Shown here: in pieces, positions 9,005-23,100 of the stretch
Numbering within the stretch: the first letter of the stretch is position 1
Layout of the letters: the number at the start of each line of letters is the position of its first letter
Assembly: GCA_017501645.1 (NCBI GenBank)
Contig: JAFVWN010000025.1
Location: forward strand, 438-64,437
Source: Clostridia bacterium
Lineage (GTDB): Bacteria > Bacillota > Clostridia > Christensenellales > UBA1242
DNA length: 64,000 bases
Direction: 5' to 3'
Program-made: the position numbers and the translations under genes
The notes under the pieces: generated by a model
Database searches by the model: none
The model's input: the letters and a program-made list of their open reading frames with translations, nothing else
What the model was told of the DNA's origin: nothing

Positions 9005-10342
9005 ATGAATAAGAATAATACATTTAAAATAATAAATTATATAATAATTACTTTTTGTGTTGTTTCTTTATTGATAAATATATTAAGTGTTGCGGGTGTG
9101 AAAAACGCAAAAACATACGCAAGTAATGTAAAAATAAAGCAAATAGATGTAAAAAACAATAAAAAAGATTTAGCTTTTAAAGAAAACATAGAAGTTTCAA
9201 ATAATATTTCTAAAGATAATGGCTTGGATTTGTATTTTTCATATGATAATAAGTTAATAAATATTGAGAATGAAAAAACAGAGTTTCTAAACTTAAAAAA
9301 TGTAGACACAAATAAAAAAATACAATTAGTAAATTTTTTTATCAAGAATGGATTTTCTAAAGAGAGTTCAATTAATTATGTTTTTCCAGAAATAAAAAAG
9401 ACTGTACAAAATATTGAAAAAAACACAACAAAAAAACCAATAGATTCAAAAATTGAAATCTTAAAAAACACAGGAAATATAAAAATAAAAAATTGCAAAA
9501 ACGGGGTTTTAGTTGATAAAAATATATTATATAATGACATTTTTTACAATTTATCATCAAAAAATAAAAAAATAATAAAATTAAAATTTAATGAAATAAA
9601 ACCAGAGTTTGATATAAATGAATGCGAGATATTTTTAAAAGGCAGTTATAAAACATCTTTTAAAAACAGTAATAATTCAAGAAAAAATAATATTAAAACA
9701 GCATTAAAATCTTTAGATGGTGTAGTTATAATGCCTAATGAGCAGATTAGCTTTAATAGAACCACAGGTGAAAGAAATGAAAAAAATGGTTATCAAAAAG
9801 CAAAAACTATAAAAAATGGAATTTTTGTTCCTGAGTTTGGAGGGGGTGTTTGTCAAGTTAGTACAACACTATATAATACTTGTCTTTTAGCTAATTTAGA
9901 AATTGTTGAGGTTAATCCTCACAGTCTGCCAGTATCTTATGAAAAACCTTGTTTTGATGCTATGGTAAATATGGGAACGAGTGATTTGGTTGTAAAAAAC
10001 AATACAGACAAACCAATAATTATAGCAACTTCAAGCAGTAATGATGAGTGTTTAATAAATGTGTATGGTGTTAAAAATAAATTTAAAATTGTAAGAAAAA
10101 GTGAAATAATAGATAATTTTATACATTTTGACAAAATAAAAACACAAAATTATGAGTTGTATGGATTTGATAAACCGTTAAAAGAAGGTGAGGAAATTGT
10201 GGTTTGTAAAGGTAAGGAAGGTTTTGAAGCTATAGGCGTTTTGGAATATTATATAGATGATGTGTTGGTAAAAACAGAAGTTATAAGAAAAGATATATAT
10301 AAACCAACAAAAGAGGTTGTTTTGGTTGGTGGTGAACAATAA
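9005..10342 (+). CDS. VanW-family protein with N-terminal anchor and C-terminal G5-like segment
   Basis: GGGVCQVSTTLYNTCLLANLEIVE..HS is the VanW core. N-terminal hydrophobic IINYIIITFCVVSLLINILSV. The C-terminal 60 aa resemble a G5 domain (less certain). Confidence 0.75.
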   Translation: MNKNNTFKIINYIIITFCVVSLLINILSVAGVKNAKTYASNVKIKQIDVKNNKKDLAFKENIEVSNNISKDNGLDLYFSYDNKLINIENEKTEFLNLKNVDTNKKIQLVNFFIKNGFSKESSINYVFPEIKKTVQNIEKNTTKKPIDSKIEILKNTGNIKIKNCKNGVLVDKNILYNDIFYNLSSKNKKIIKLKFNEIKPEFDINECEIFLKGSYKTSFKNSNNSRKNNIKTALKSLDGVVIMPNEQISFNRTTGERNEKNGYQKAKTIKNGIFVPEFGGGVCQVSTTLYNTCLLANLEIVEVNPHSLPVSYEKPCFDAMVNMGTSDLVVKNNTDKPIIIATSSSNDECLINVYGVKNKFKIVRKSEIIDNFIHFDKIKTQNYELYGFDKPLKEGEEIVVCKGKEGFEAIGVLEYYIDDVLVKTEVIRKDIYKPTKEVVLVGGEQ

Positions 10343-10363
10343 AATAAAAACAAGCTGTATAAG

Positions 10364-10390
10364 AGAGAGTTTATTCGCTCTCTTTTTTTT
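10364..10390 (+). terminator. Intrinsic terminator after the VanW gene
   Basis: AGAGAGT (10364-10370) pairs with GCTCTCT (10377-10383) across a 6-nt loop, followed by a T-run to 10390. Confidence 0.6.
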
Positions 10391-10770
10391 ATTATATAAG
10401 GGTTTATTTTATAAAAAATCTAGTTTCTGTTTCTTGTTGTTTTCAATAATGATGGTATTTGTGTTGTTGGTATTGAAATACAAACAAGTAAATTTATTAT
10501 TAATTTGTTAAGGTTAGTTCTGGATAAGATTTTATATTATTAATCTGGTCTGTTATTTAAAAGATGGATTATTTGTATAGAGGGTAGGGGTAAAAGGTGG
10601 GTGTATGGTGTCTTTATATTAGATTGATAAGTATTATAGGTTGTTTGGTTGTGATTGCTGAGGCGTGCTGAGACAGAATTTTTAAATAAAAATATATTTT
10701 TAAGTGGGGGTAAAAAGCCCTAAAAACGCCTAGAAAAGCCCTTATTAATTAGTATATAAATTATATAAAA

Positions 10771-10794
10771 TTAAGCCCATAATTATGGGCTTAA
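10771..10794. repeat. Perfect 24-bp palindrome, terminator-like in both directions
   Basis: TTAAGCCCATAATTATGGGCTTAA, flanked by an A-run upstream and a T-run downstream. Confidence 0.6.
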
Positions 10795-10831
10795 TATTTT
10801 TAAAAAAAATCAAAAAAAAGCTTTATTTTGT

Positions 10832-10860
10832 TTGACTATTTTCTTAAAAAATGGTAATAT
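10832..10860 (+). promoter_or_regulatory. Strong sigma-A-type promoter of the giant gene (extended -10, A-tract UP element)
   Basis: TTGACT (10832-10837), 17-nt spacer, TGgTAATAT (10852-10860). Two A8 tracts at 10802-10819 lie just upstream of the -35. Confidence 0.6.
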
Positions 10861-10873
10861 ATATACAAGTGGA

Positions 10874-10898
10874 AAAGCCCTATAAAAAACAGGGTTTT
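10874..10898 (+). promoter_or_regulatory. 5'-proximal stem-loop of the predicted giant-gene mRNA
   Basis: AAAGCCCT (10874-10881) pairs with AGGGTTTT (10891-10898): 8 bp including one G-U, 9-nt loop. It lies about +7 to +32 from the predicted TSS. Confidence 0.4.
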
Positions 10899-11118
10899 CA
10901 GTATTCAAAAATCTTCTATTTGAATATTGATATTTTTCACAAAAACACCCATAAAAACATTAAAAAGCACATAAAATATTGGAGTTTTATGGCATTTTTG
11001 CGGTTTTTCTGGGATTATTTACTGTTTTTCAGTGTCAAAATAAAACAAATTTTGCAATGTTAGTGGTAAATAAAAACAAACTCCAATGAAAAAACTATTT
11101 TTAAAAGGTGGAAAAAGT

Positions 11119-14100
11119 ATGGACAATTCAAAAAGTATTGACCCAGCAACAAAAAAGAAAGGAATGAAGAAATCTGCCAAGGTTACTTTGTTAGTCTTGA
11201 GCATTGTATTCTTCCTTGCTGCAATTGTGACCCCAATTGCTATTTTTGCTGCGCCAAAAGATGATGATCATTACAGTGAAAAGACTGTTGGTGATTTCGT
11301 CTTGAGGTATGACACAACAGAAGGGTATTATGATATCGTGCGTTACATAGGTGATAGCAATGATGTTACAATACCTAGCAGGATTGATGGTAAACCAGTA
11401 AGATATGTTCTTGCAGATGCCTTCAATGCAGAAAAGCGTGCTTCAAACAAAAATATTGAAAGTGTAACAATTGAAGAAGGTATTTCTCAAATTGGTGCTT
11501 CTGCATTTAAAGGTTGTGCGAATATCAAAGAATTGATTTTACCAGAATCAATGACTACAATCGGTAGTAAAGCTTTTGAGGGTTCAGGTATTGAAAAGCT
11601 TACTGTCGGTGATGCTTCTACATTAGTTCTTCTTGAAGACTCTCTTGATGGTGCAACAGAACTTAAGGTTCTTAGCATTTTGAAAGCTTCAAATTCATTG
11701 AAGAGCGGAAGTTTAAGTAATATTTCAGGTACAATTACAGATGTGGAACTTAGCACAGGTGTTGTTGTAGGTGATGGTGCATTTGAAGGACTTAATAATA
11801 TTAAGACTTTAAGTGTTTATAACTATAGCAACTTATCTGTAGATGTTAATGCGTTTGTAAACTCAAACATTACAACATTAAACATTTATTGGGCTGAAGA
11901 TAATCTTACAGAAGCTTTTATGGATAAATTCCAAGGTTTAACAAAATTAACAACAGTAAACCTAGATTCTAAGATTATTAAGATTATGCCAGAGGCTCTT
12001 GCTAAATTTGGTAGTTTAAGTTCTCTTACTATGGGTAATGGTACAGAAATTGACATTTCTTCTTTACCTGCAGGTATTCCGGCTGAAGATTTTGAAATCT
12101 TTATGATTCCTGCTGACGAAGCTGATGCCAATAATCTTACTCTTAACATTACTCACGATTCTGGAATTTCTACTTATGATGTTCTTAGTCAAGATTTCCT
12201 TAATAAATTTGAATACAATAAGATTACTACAGTGAACCTAAGTCCTAAGTTCACTGGAATTGGTACTGCTGCCTTTGAAAGTTATAGTTTGTTGAATAAA
12301 ATAGTATTCGGCGAAAATAGTAATGTTATTAGAATACAAGACGGTGCATTTGGTGCTCCTGAAAGCATTACTGAACTTAAGGTTTATGGACCATCTGATC
12401 CAGAAAACAATTTGTTCAAAGCTTTCAACTATGAATCATCTGCTTATCACACTAGACATTCTTATAATGATAATATTGACTTAGCTGCTTACTATATCGT
12501 ATTAAACTATGGTCTTGGTGCTGAAAACAAACCAGATGCGGGTTCTGTTTCACAAGAAAATATGCAACCAAGACTTGTGCCTATTGGTGAATTAGTTCTT
12601 AACTATTTACCAAAAGATAGTGCAAGTGACCGTATTGCTAGAAACTGGACTCTTACAGGTTGGCAACTTGAAGATGGTACAAAAGTTGAAGATCAACTTA
12701 TGTCTGTTGATTTTGCAAAAAATGCTCAAGGCGTAAGAACAGTATATGCAATTTGGTTACCTGGTGAACAAACTAAGTATCATATTGAATATAGAACTCA
12801 AAACTTAGATGCTGATGGTACAGGTGTAACAAATGATTACACAATCATCAATGAAGGTCCTATTGAGATGTGGGGAACAACAAATGCTTTGGTTGAAGTT
12901 AATAATACATTCACACCAAAAACAATCCCAGGATTCACTCTTGACCTTACAGTTGATGGAACTGTTTCAAGTGGTAATATTTCAGCTGACGAATCATTTG
13001 CTATCAAATTATATTATGTAAGAGATAGCTATGAAGTATCTTTCGATAAGAATGATGCATTAAATTCAGTTACTGAAGCTACTCTTGATTTTACAGGTAT
13101 TGATAATGTTGATGGAAAGGTAAAAGTTTACTATCAAGGTAAATATCCACAACTTCCAACAGCTTCTAGACCTGGTTATGATTTTGATGGTTGGTATATG
13201 TCATCAACTAGCGAAACAAAGATTACTGCTGGTACAAACTTTGAAGGAAATGCTCCAGTAACTCTTGTTGCTAAGTGGACCGGAAAGCAAGTCTCTTATA
13301 CAAAAGAAATTTACTATCAAAACCTTAATGGTGAAGGATACTCACTGGATTCTAGTTCTTCTGCTTCAGCTCTTGTTGATACAATTGTAAGTATCACAGT
13401 TCTTGATAATATTACAGGCTTTGTATATAACGCCAGTGTTGATGGAACATTACAAGAAGCAAGAGTTGATGGTGACGGTTCAACAGTGCTTAGAGTATAT
13501 TATGATAGAATTATATATACTATAAGATATAATCTAAATAAAGGGGAGGGTTCAACAGACCCAGTAGTTGACCCATCAAGTAGTTCAAATAATAAAGCTA
13601 TTAGATATGGTGTTAAATATTCATTCCCAATCGTTACAAGAGAAGGTTATACATTAACAGGTTGGCAAACTCTTGGTGGCACATTTGTAGACGCTAACAC
13701 AACAGTTCTTGCTGGTGAGCTTGATACAAATGATGGACAAGAAACAACTTTATATCAAACATTATATGCTATTTGGGCACCTATTACTTATGATATTACA
13801 TTCAATGGTAATGACAATACTTCAGGTAACACAAATACAATTGAAGATGTAAAGTTTGATCAAAAGGTTGTTATTCCAACAAATGGTTTTGCAAAACAAG
13901 GTAATCACTTCGTTGAGTGGAATACTAATGCTAATGGTGAAGGTGATGCATTCACTATTGGTCAAGAAGTTTCTAACCTAACTGCAACACAAGATGATAT
14001 TATTGAATTGTTTGCTATTTGGGCTCCAAACACATACACTGTTAAGTTTGATGCAAACAACTCTAGTGCTATTGGTGAAATGGATGACCTTCCAATGACT

Positions 14101-17100
14101 TATGGTGAGAAGAAAAACTTACCAAGCGTTGGTTTTAGAGTTACTGGTTACACATTCTCAGGTTGGAATGCAAACAAGACTGGTGACGGTTTATCATATG
14201 TTGATGAACAAGAAATTGAAAATCTTACATATGAAAATAATATTACAGTTACACTTTATGCAATGTGGACAGTAAACACTTACACAATTGTATTTAATGG
14301 TAACGGTACAGATACAACAACTGATGGAAAAGAAATGAAACCAATTGCTTCAATCCCATACGCAGGTGAGGGAAGTGAAGTAACTCTTACAGAAAATACT
14401 TTTGTAAGAACTGGTTATACTTTCAACGGTTGGAATTTAGCAACTGATGGAACATTAGCTTCTTATGCAGATAAACAAACAGTTTCTGCGTTAACTACAG
14501 AAAATAATGCAACAGTTACACTTTATGCTCAATGGACAGTAATCACATATACAGTTACTCTTGATAATGGCTTAAATGATGGTACAGATACAGAAGTTGT
14601 ATATATTCCATATAACAATGTTGCTATTGAAAATCCTTTTGTAAACGAAGGTTATGCATTGGTTGGTTGGGCTGAAACTCTTAATGGTGAGATTATAGCT
14701 AACATTGCTAACTGGCTTGTTGAAAAAACAGAAGCTGACGAAGAGTTAAAACTTTATGCTATTTGGGAAGCAAATGCTGAAACTCCATATTCTGTAGAAT
14801 ATTATCTACAAGATGTTGACGGAAGCTACAATCTTGTTTACCCAACAACAGCTACTGGTTCTAAAAATGATTTATCTGCTCAAACTGGTTCTTTAGTTAC
14901 TGTTACAGATGCAGATGCTAGAAACTTCTTTACAATTCCTGAAGGATATGTATTTGATGAAGACAATGTTAATAACAATAACACAAATGTAAGAATTAGT
15001 GGTCACGGTGATACAGTTATTAAATTGTATTACAAGAGAGCTACTTATACTGTAAACTTTGACCTTAACAAAGCTGACGGTACAACAGGAAGTATTCTTC
15101 CTACAAGTGTAGAAAATATCACTGTTACTTATGGACTTCCATATGTTGTAAATGGTGTATTCGCTGCTCTTACAAGAACTGGTTATGAATTTATTGGTTG
15201 GGCAACTGAAGAAGATAAGACAGTTGCTGTTAATGCTTCAACTGATGTTTATAACAAAACAACAAATTCTACTTTATATGCAATTTGGAAAGCTGGTAAG
15301 ACAACTTACACAGTAGAACACTGGACTGAAAATGTTGATGACAATGGATTTACTCTTCTTGAAGGTAACACAGAAACAATCACAACTGCTGATACAGATG
15401 CTATTGTTTCAGCTCAAGAAAAAGTAATGACTGGTTTTGTATATGCTTCTGGTAATGCGAGTGAAGTTGTTAGCGGTCAAAATAGTGCTGATGAAGCTCT
15501 TGTATTAAAATTGTATTATACAAGAACAACAATTGATATCATCATCAAGGTTGAAGGTGAAGAGATTGTTAAAGAAGAAGTTAAGTTTGGTCAAGTTGTT
15601 GAAATTGAAGATCTTGTTGCTGAAGAACCTACTAAAGATGGTTACACATTCACTGGTTGGGTAGATTCAAATGGTGATCTTGTTACTAATGTTACAGCAG
15701 GAACTGAAGATATCGAGATCAATGCAACATTTGAAGAAAATGAATATGACTTCATAATTGTTCCAAACTTCTCAGTTGCATCAACATTTAAGAGAGTTTA
15801 CTCTTTCGTTGATGGAAAGAAGAAAGCTAAATATACACAAACTCTTAACTTAGCTAATGCAGCTGCTGGTCTTGAGAGAACAGGATATACATTCCTTGGT
15901 TTCGCTTATACAAGCAATGCTGTTGAAGCAGACTACAAAGTTACAGATGATAACTTTAGTGCTGTTCCTGTTGAGACATTAGTTAAAAATGCTCCGGGAG
16001 CAAGACCTCCATATCCAGCAACAAGTATTAACTTATTTGCTGTATGGCAAATTAACAGTTACACACTTACTTACCAACACGAAACACAAACTGTTGGTGG
16101 GGAAGAAGTTGAATTTAACTCAGTTGTAACTTTAAAAGACGAAAAGACATTCACAAAAACTGGTTGGGCTTACACACAATGGGAAGATCAAGATGGCAAT
16201 CTATATAATATTTATAAAGATGGCGAACTTAACACATTTGTAATGCCTGCAAAAGACCTTGTTCTTACTCCAGTATGGATTGCAAACACTTACAAAGTTG
16301 TTTATAACAGCAATCCATTCACCGTTACATTAAACGGTGAACCAGTTGCAAGAAATCCTATCAATAGTGTTGAAGATGCGACATTCACTTATGATAGCGA
16401 AGCTACTTTGGCAACAAATAATTATGTATTAACTGGTTATAAGTTTGCAGGTTGGAACACTCAGGCAGACGGTAAGGGTTCTAGCTATCAAGCAGGTGCT
16501 AAACTTGCTGCAAGTGTTGTTAATAACTACTATATTAACGGACTTGAAGATGGTACTCTCAACCTTTATGCGACTTGGACAGCTAAAGAGTATACACTTT
16601 ATGTAAATGCTAACTACGCTGGTGCTTCTACAGCACAAAAACAAGTAACATTAAAATATGACCAAGAATACACATTAAACAATAATAATGAAGAAATTTC
16701 ATTATCTCGTACAGGTCACACTCTAATTGGTTGGAGTGCAACTGAAGGAAGTACATCTGTTGATACTGGTTTAGGTATTGGTGATGTAATTTCTAACAAG
16801 GCTACTGGTGAAGAAGATAGCATAAGCTTTACAATCTATGCTGTTTGGGAAACAATTTCTGGTATTAAGTATACTACTGAATACTATAAACAAAACTTAA
16901 ACGGTGAATATGAACTTGATTCAAGTGCAACTACTGAAGGTGCTGGTGTATTCGGTGCTACAGCAAATGCAGTTATCAAGACATTCAATGGATTTACTTA
17001 TAATGAAGGTTATGCAGAAGAACTTATTTCAGCTTCTATCCCAGCTAACGATTATGAGTTAACATTAAAAGTTTACTACACAAGAAACACTTATACAGTT

Positions 17101-20100
17101 AAGTTTGATTTAAATGAAGGTGATAAGACTGGTTCAATCACAACAGGTGCGGTTGCTGATATTGAAGATGTAATGTATCAAGCAGAAATTGGTACTCTTG
17201 CAACTCCAGAAAAGAACGGTTACACATTCTTAGGTTGGTTCACTGATGCTGAAAATGGTGAACTAATCACTGCACAAACAACTTATACTTGGTATAATGA
17301 AACAACAAAAACTCTTTACGCTCATTGGGAAGCTAAAGAGGATACAACATTTATCGTTTACCATAGATTACAAAATCTAAACGATAATGAGTATCCAGCT
17401 CTTGCAAGTCTAGATGGAACGGAATTTAAAGAAATTCTTAACGGTACTACAGACACAGACATTGTTCTCGATGATATAAAGAATGAATACACTGGATTCA
17501 CATATAGCTTCTCAATTCCTGAGAATTTAGGTGCTATTGTTGGTAACGGTGATACAACAATTCAACTTCACTACACTAGAAACTCTTATACTCTTACATT
17601 AAATAAAGAGACAGGTATTAATAGTGTTAGTGCTACAGTAACTCCAACTGCAACTCTAGAAGGAAATGTTTATACAATTAAATATGATGCTAATGTTGTA
17701 TTAAACGCTGTTGCTTCACAAGGTTACACAGTTGATGCGTTCTATAAAGAAACAGCAACTCACGCTAATGAATTTAAGATGGGTGCTGAAAATATTGTTC
17801 TTACAGCAAAAGCTATTGCTAATAAGTACGAAATTGTATTTGATGCGAATACAGGTACTACTACAGCAACAGAACTTGCATTTGAGAAAGCTTACAATGA
17901 GACAATTACAACTCTTGCAAGTACAGCATTTGCAAAAGTTGGTTATAATTTCATTGGTTATTCATTAACAGCTTCTGCAACTACTGCTAGCTATAATGCT
18001 GGTGCAGTTGTTGAAGTTTCTGCTCTTGCTATTGCTGATAATAAAGCTGAAGGAACAACTGACAAACAAACAATTACACTTTACGCAATTTATACACCAA
18101 TTCAATTTACAATTGTTTATGATGGTAATGGACACACTGGTGGAACAGCAATGTCAAATTCTGTATTCACTTACGACCAAGATGCTATCTTAAAATTAAA
18201 CACTTATAAGAGAACTGGTTATACATTCGAAGGTTGGGCAACTTCTCCTAAGGGTGCTAAGGCTTATGAAGATGGTGCTAATGTTAAGAATATTGTAAAT
18301 ACAGCTCAAGAGAAAACTCTTTACGCGGTATGGCAAGCTAAGACATACACTGTAACATTTGACCTTAACTATGATGGAAGTACAGCTCTTACAAAAGAAT
18401 TTACTGTTGATGGTACAAACAACACTCTTGAGGACATTCAAGTTAGAACAGGTTACACATTCAAGGGTTGGGCTAAGACTAGAACAGTAGTTACTGCAGA
18501 TGAATTAATGTCTGCAAATGCAAATGTTGGTAATACATTAAGTGCAGATGGCGAAGATATTACTGTCTATGCTATTTGGGAAGCTAAGACATTCACTGTT
18601 TCATACAACGGAAATGGTGGTGAAGGTGTTACTGCTTCATCTAACTTCACTTATGACCAAATCAATGCTTTAGCTGAAAACGGCTATACAAGAATTGGTT
18701 ATAACTTCGCTGGTTGGAACACAAAAGCAAATGGTGAAGGTGAAACATATGTTGCTGGTTTTGAAAGTAGAAATACATTCTTCAATAACGGCGAAGGTGT
18801 TACACTTTATGCTATGTGGAACGAAAGTGATGGTATTACTTACAAGGTAGAACACTATCAAGAAAGCATTACAGAAGATGGTTCTCTTGCATTCTCACTA
18901 GCTGCTACTGACAACCTTTCTGGTAAGACTGGAGATTCAGTTACTGCTACTCCAAGAAACTACACAGGATTCACTTATCAAGCATCTTATGAAGAAGGTC
19001 AATTTGAAACAATTGCTTCTGGTACAATTCTTGCTGATGGTTCATTAGTTCTTAAACTTTACTATACAAGAAACATATACACAATCAGCTTTGATAATGG
19101 TATTGCTGAGGATGCTGTACTTACTGGTACAATTGGTGCTACACCAGATGATATCACTATTAAGTATGGTGCTAAGTATGGTACTCTTGCTGGTATTGAT
19201 AGACAAGGTTATACATTCGCTGGTTGGTATACTGCTGATGATGCTAAGATTGCAGAGACTGACACATACGAATTAACTACAAACAGCACATTATATGCTA
19301 AATTTACAGCAAATGATGTTAGCTATGTTATTAACTTCTACAAACAAAATATTGATTTAACATATCCTCAAACTCCAACACAAGTTATTGATACATTAAC
19401 TGCTAAAGCAGATTCAACAATTGAAGTTGGAACACAAGGTATTGTTTGGGAAGGTTACACAACTCCTAATGCTCAAGAAATTCTTGTTAGAGCTGATGGA
19501 ACAACAGTTGTTACATTCAACTATGCAATTATTTCTTACAGCTTAACATTAAACACTCAAGAAGGTGTTGATACATTCATTGCTGAATCAAGTAATGGTG
19601 GTATTGAAGAACTTTCTGCTGGTGTTTACAAAGTTTACTACGGAGCAAACATCACTTTAACAGCAACTGCTCTTAAGGGATATACTCTTGGTAACTTAAT
19701 GAATGGTGAAGAAACTCAATCTGCAACATTCACAATGGGTGCTAACGATATGGTTGTTACTGCAACTGCAACAGCAAACACATACACAATCGTATATAAT
19801 GCTGGTACAGGAAGCGTTGACACTGCTATTGAAAGCGCAACAGTTAAGTACAACACAAATGTTACTTTGAGTAATGGTAACGGGTTCAGTAAAGAAGGCT
19901 TTAAGTTTGCTGGTTGGGCATTCACAAGCGGTGCTACATCAAACAACTTTGCAAGTGGTGCTCACATTACTGGTGCTGACTTAATTTCTAAGGCATACAA
20001 TGCTGGTGTTCAAGGTGTAACTTCAACTTATGCAGATACAACTATTACACTTTATGCTGTATGGTCTTATAACACATTCACATTGACTTACACTTATGAC

Positions 20101-23100
20101 GGACAAGATATTAGTGAAGAATACACATTTGATTCTAAGCAAACTCTAAAAGGTGATAACACATTCTCTAAGACTGGTTACCACTACGAAGAGTGGGTAG
20201 ATGTTGACAATGATAGTCAAAAATACGCAGTTGGTGGCGAATTTACAGTTCCTGCTAGAAATGTAACTCTTACTCCTGTTTGGATTAAGAACCAATATAC
20301 AATCGTGTATAACGGTAATGGTGCTGATAGTGGTGAAGTTGCTAACTCTACACACACTTATGACGAAGCTAAGAACTTAAATAAAAATGAGTTCAAGAAA
20401 ACTGGTTATCATTTCGGTGGTTGGTCATATAATGGCGAAACTTATCAAGATGAAGAATCAGTAATGAACTTAACATCAGTTAAGGATGACACAATTACTA
20501 TTACAATTATTTGGGCTCCTAATACTGATACAGAATACAAGATTTACCATGTTGTTGAAAATGTTTCAAATGCTCCTGTAACATTTGAACCAGAAACTGG
20601 ATTTATCTTGATTGCAAACTCTACTGAAACACACAAGGGTGTAACAGATGGAGAGGTTAACGCTCTTAATGTATCTGTTTACTTCACTGATGGTGTTTAC
20701 AATGGTGGACTTGTTGGATTTACTTATAGTGAATCATTAACAACATCTAAACCTGGTAAAAAGACTGGTACAATTGCTCCTGATGGCTCACTTGAACTTG
20801 TTCTTTACTACACAAGAAACATTTACACAATGTCATTTGTAACTCCTGCTGATATCACTGGTGGTTCAATGGCTAGTGTAAGATATATGTATGAAGCTGT
20901 TGTTTCTCTTCCTGACTGCGGATTTGAAAAGACAGGTTATAGCTTCAAGAACTGGGTAATTGATGGAACATCTTATAATGTTGGTGATGCTTACACAATT
21001 ACAGCTGATGTTTCAGTAAGTGCAGTATTTGATGCTGATACATATACAGTTACTCTTGATAAGCAAAGCGGTGTAGGTGGAGATACTACAATTTCTGCAA
21101 CATATGATGCAGTTATCGAAGACTTATCTTCTGTTCCTACAAGAGCTGGTTATACATTCCAAGGTTACTTCACTGGTACTTCTGGTAGTGGTGTAAAATA
21201 CTTTGATAAAGATGGTAAGGCAGTTGAATCAACTTGGAAGTTTGTTGACGATACAACTTTATACGCAAGCTGGACTCAAAATGATTACGATATTACATTT
21301 GATAAGGAAGGCGGAGAAGATGGTGATGATACAGTTGGTGTTACTTATGGTGACGCATTAAAACCTATCAATCCACCAAGAAGAGATGGTTACACATTTG
21401 ATGGTTATTACTATAATAAGACAGAAGATGGTGTTACAAGCTCTACTAAATACTTCAACGCTGACGGTTCAGTTACAGATAAAGATGCTGATGGTGACTT
21501 AACAGATGAAGTTTGGGATATTCCTGGTGATGCAACACTTGATGCGAAGTGGATTGCAAACAACTACACTGTTAACTATGATGCTAACGGTGGTAATGGT
21601 ACAACAAACCCAACTAACCATACTTATGACACTGCTTCAAGTTTGGCTATGAATAGCTTTACTTACACAGGTTATACATTCCAAAATTGGAATACACAAA
21701 GAGACGGTTTAGGAACTACTTATACAGAAGGTTCAAGCGTTTCTACATTAGTAAAAGACCCTGATGGTTCTATTACATTATTCGCTATTTGGAAAGCTAA
21801 TACTTATACAATCACTCTTGCTTTATTAGATGCAGATATCGCAAACGGTGCTGTATTAGGTACAACTACAACTACTGCAACCTTTGATAAAGTTCCTGAG
21901 AGCATTTCAACTGTTGCAACTAAAGTAGGTTATACACTTGCTGGTTACTATGATGAAAGCGGTAGAACTTGCTACATTGATGGTACAGGTAAAGGTGTTG
22001 TAGCTTGGGATATTGCTAGAGATACTACTCTTTACGCAAGATTCACTCAAGCATTAGTTGATTATGTAGTTAACTATTATAAGATGGATTTATATGGTAA
22101 CTACTCAGCTACTCCAACAGAATCTATCGTACTTAAAGCAGAAGCTGATAGTACACAAACAATTAAGCCTGCTCCTACAAAAGAAGATTACACAGGCTTC
22201 ATTAAACCAGCCGACAAGGCTGATGTTAAGATTAATGCTGACGGTTCTACAGTTGTTAACTTCCAATATGCTAGAAGCCAATACACATTAACACTTAACA
22301 AACAAACAGGTATTTCAAGCTTTACTGCAAGTTCTGCAGATAGTACTATAACAGGCGATAAAGTTTATTATGGCGCTACAGTAGTTCTTAATGTTGAAGC
22401 TGTTGCAGGTTATACATTTGCTGGATATGTAGTTGGTAATTCTTCAATTGAACAACCAGACACATTCACAATGACAGAAGACTTAACTGTTTCTGCAAAA
22501 GCAACTCCAAACAACTATACATTGAGAGTTCATCCAAACTTCCCAGATGCTGGAGTTGAATATATAGATGTTGAGTTGACTTATGAAGTTAACTTCACAT
22601 TCGAAAACAACGCAGATGTTGATTACTACTTCGAATATGCAGGTTACACATTACAAGGTTGGTCAACAACTGCTACTGGTTCAGTAGAGTATGAAATTAA
22701 CGAAACTGTTAAAAACTTAACAACATTAAAAGATGGTGTAGTTAACATTTATGCTATTTGGAAAGCAAATACAAATACACAATATGTTGTAGAACACTAT
22801 CTCGAAACTTTAACTGCTGGTACATTTGCTACTCCAGTTGATGATGAAACAAGATTCACATATACTGGAACAACTGATACAACAGCAACTGCTACTCCTA
22901 ACGATTATGCTGGTTTTGCTTACAAAACTGGTTATGAATTAGAAGTTCTTTCTGCTAATATCAACGGTGATGGCTCAACAGTTCTTAAACTTTACTATCT
23001 AAGAGAATCTTACACTGTAAGCTTCGATACTAACTTAGGTGGTACAACTGGTACACTTAATAGTGCAGAACCTGAATCTATTGATGTTCTATATGGTGCA

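Noticed and set aside
10317-11204. Small ORFs in the spacer upstream of the giant gene (10317..10511, 10851..11063, 11019..11204 minus).
   Set aside because: They have no SD, and their translations are hydrophobic or low-complexity, as expected from AT-rich DNA. They overlap the predicted promoter and leader.
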